Below are positions 61,993-64,000 of a stretch of DNA of 64,000 nucleotides, piece by piece (within the stretch, counting starts at the first letter, position 1; every line of letters begins with the position of its first letter). The stretch is from positions 62,001-126,000 of the forward strand of contig NW_026926145.1 of NCBI RefSeq assembly GCF_032062105.1. Reading direction: 5' to 3'. The position numbers were made by a program, and so were the translations under genes. This DNA comes from Saccostrea cucullata. Lineage: Eukaryota. The notes beneath the pieces are model-generated. The model did not search any database and had not been told where the DNA came from. It saw only the letters and a list, made by a program, of their open reading frames with translations.

Positions 61993-63188
61993 TTTTTTAT
62001 ACCCCCCGCAAACGAAGTTTGGGGGGTATATAGGAATCACCTTGTCCGTCTGTCTGTCTGTCCGTCTGTCTGTGCAAACGTGTCCGGTCCATATCTTTCT
62101 TATGAAGGGACATTAGAATCTACTACTCCACACAAAGATTGCCCATGACCTAAGGGTGTGTCATGACCTTGACCCAAGGTCATTTGGGGAAGTTCAAGGT
62201 CACTGTAAGAAAAAGTTCATAATTCGTGTCCGGTCCATATCTTTCTTATGGATAAACTTGGTAGGTTCTCATTTCACACAAAGATTGCCCATGACCCAAG
62301 GATGTGTCATGACCTTGACCCAAGGTCATTTGGGGAAGTTCAAGGTCACTGGAAGAAAAAGTTCATAATTCGTGTCCGGTCCATATCTTTCTTATGGATA
62401 AACTTGGTAGGTTCTCTTTTCACGCAAAGATTGCCCATGACCCAAGGGTGTGTCAGGACCTTGACCCAAGGTCCTTTGGGGAAGTTCAAGGTCACTGGAA
62501 GAAAAAGTTCATAATTCGTCTCCGGTCCATATCTTTCTTATGGATAAACTTGGTAGGTTCTTATTTCATGCAAAGATTGCCCATGACCCAAGGGTGTGTC
62601 AGGACCTTGACCCAAGGTCCTTTGGGGAAGTTCAAGGTCACTGGAAGAAAAAGTTCATAATTCGTGTCCGGTTCATATCTTTTTTATGGATAAACTTGGT
62701 AGGTTCTCATTTCACTCAAAGATTGCCCATGACCCAAGGGTTTGTCATGACCTTGACCCAAGGTCATTTGGTGAAGTTCAAGGTCACTGGAAGAAAAAGT
62801 TCATAATTTGTGTCCGGTCCATATCTTTCTTATGGATAATCTTGGTAGGTTCTCATTTAACGCAAAGATTGCCCATGACCCAAGGGTGTGTCATGACCTT
62901 GACCCAAGGTCATTTGGGCAAGTTCAAGGTCACTGGAAGAAAAAGTTCATAATTCTTACCAGTCCATATCTTTTTTATGGATAAACTTGGTAGGTTCTTA
63001 TTTCACACAAAGATTGCCCATGACCCAAGGGTGTGTCATGACCTTGACCCAAGGTCATTTGGGGAAGTTCAAGGTCACTGGAAGAAAAATTTCATAATTC
63101 ATGTGTGATACATATCTTTATTATGGAAAAACTTACTTCTGAAAAAACCCAGCAGGGGGTATTTTGTCCCGTTTGGACAGTTCTAGTT
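61993..63188 (+). mobile_element. Non-autonomous Helentron (HINE) with ~7 x 146-bp tandem array
   Basis: 5' TTTTATACCCCC...GGGGGTATA palindrome plus (GTCT/GTCC)n; units at 62082, 62228, 62374, 62520...; 3' GGGGGTAT subTIR, GTCC...GGAC hairpin and CTAGTT end. Confidence 0.88.
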
Positions 63189-64000
63189 TTAACAACTATA
63201 ACCATAAATTATGACCAAGGATAATAAAACAAATATAAAATAAAATTATTTACACAAAATTTATTTTGACATTTCACAATGATCATTTGTTTATTTATAA
63301 ACATGTATCACAAAGTTTGGCTTTAAAACTACAATAAATTAGTCATGGCACCTGTACTCCCATAAATCTGTATACCGGTAATGATAGAAACTTATTTCAA
63401 ACAGAACAAGAGAAAAAACGTCAGTCATTAAGTACATATAACTTCAAAATGCACATATCTTCTTTTTGAATGTATCATATTTTGATCTTAAGTTTAAGTC
63501 TTAAGTTCTTTTGTAAAACAATCTCCTGTATATTTTTATCTTTCAAACATGGTCACAAATGGTCACATGGTCACAAAAGTTATTTCTAACAAAATAACTT
63601 AACCCATGAAGTCACCAAAGGAATATTTGCTTTCAAGGGGAATGCAAAATGAAGTTTATTTCCCTTGTTCTTCTAGACAATCCATATCTATATTATAAGA
63701 GTTCTGGTACAATAAATATTAATGTAATCAATGAAATATTGAATAATTATTGAATAATCCGTTATTAAAATATATTAACTATTTCACATTATACTGTTAT
63801 GAGACTAGATATGCATAATGAATTTTTATATATTGCACTTCCAAGAAAAAAAATGTATTTTATATAAAATTGATATGCAGCACTGTAGGTAATCTCAAAT
63901 CTCTTATTCTGAGCATTCTACATGTACAATACGGTATAAAAGGAACAAAAAAAAAACTTCTGGAGTTTACAAAACCCCATTCAGAAATCTTGTGGCATGT

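Noticed and set aside
62156-62952. Series of near-identical 88-aa ORFs suggesting a tandem gene array
   Set aside because: They recur with the 146-bp satellite period, shift frame each unit and lie inside a HINE.
63200-64000. Possible 3' UTR of a minus-strand gene beyond the window
   Set aside because: Only AT-rich sequence with polyadenylation-like hexamers; no exon evidence in the window.

Overview
AT-rich, intron-rich animal DNA whose repeat families point to a bivalve, probably an oyster (inference). Three spliced host genes can be reconstructed by hand. (1) The first coding exon of ZNF330/NOA36 lies on the minus strand (6017-5904); its later exons were not found in the window. (2) A complete GRAF-family RhoGAP (BAR-PH-RhoGAP-SH3; ARHGAP26/10/42/OPHN1-like) lies on the plus strand (13131-33318). 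It has 25 core coding exons, three candidate frame-preserving cassette exons and one GC-AG intron. (3) A complete 8-exon, 476-aa DEG/ENaC (ASIC-like) channel lies on the minus strand (48029-35977), tail-to-tail with the RhoGAP. ZNF330 and the RhoGAP are head-to-head. Their shared ~600-bp upstream region is split by a 6.5-kb Merlin-like element that contains nested insertions. The remainder is a transposon mosaic: a near-intact RTE LINE with one nonsense codon, two Tc1 relics, Gypsy, Penelope, Tx1 and RTE-X relics, and many TSD-delimited MITEs. It also holds tRNA-derived SINEs, three Helentron-type elements with 146/147/~160-bp satellite arrays, and a 129-bp solo LTR containing a tRNA cloverleaf. 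Most short ORFs in the supplied track are spurious. All calls come from reading the sequence by eye; no searches were run.
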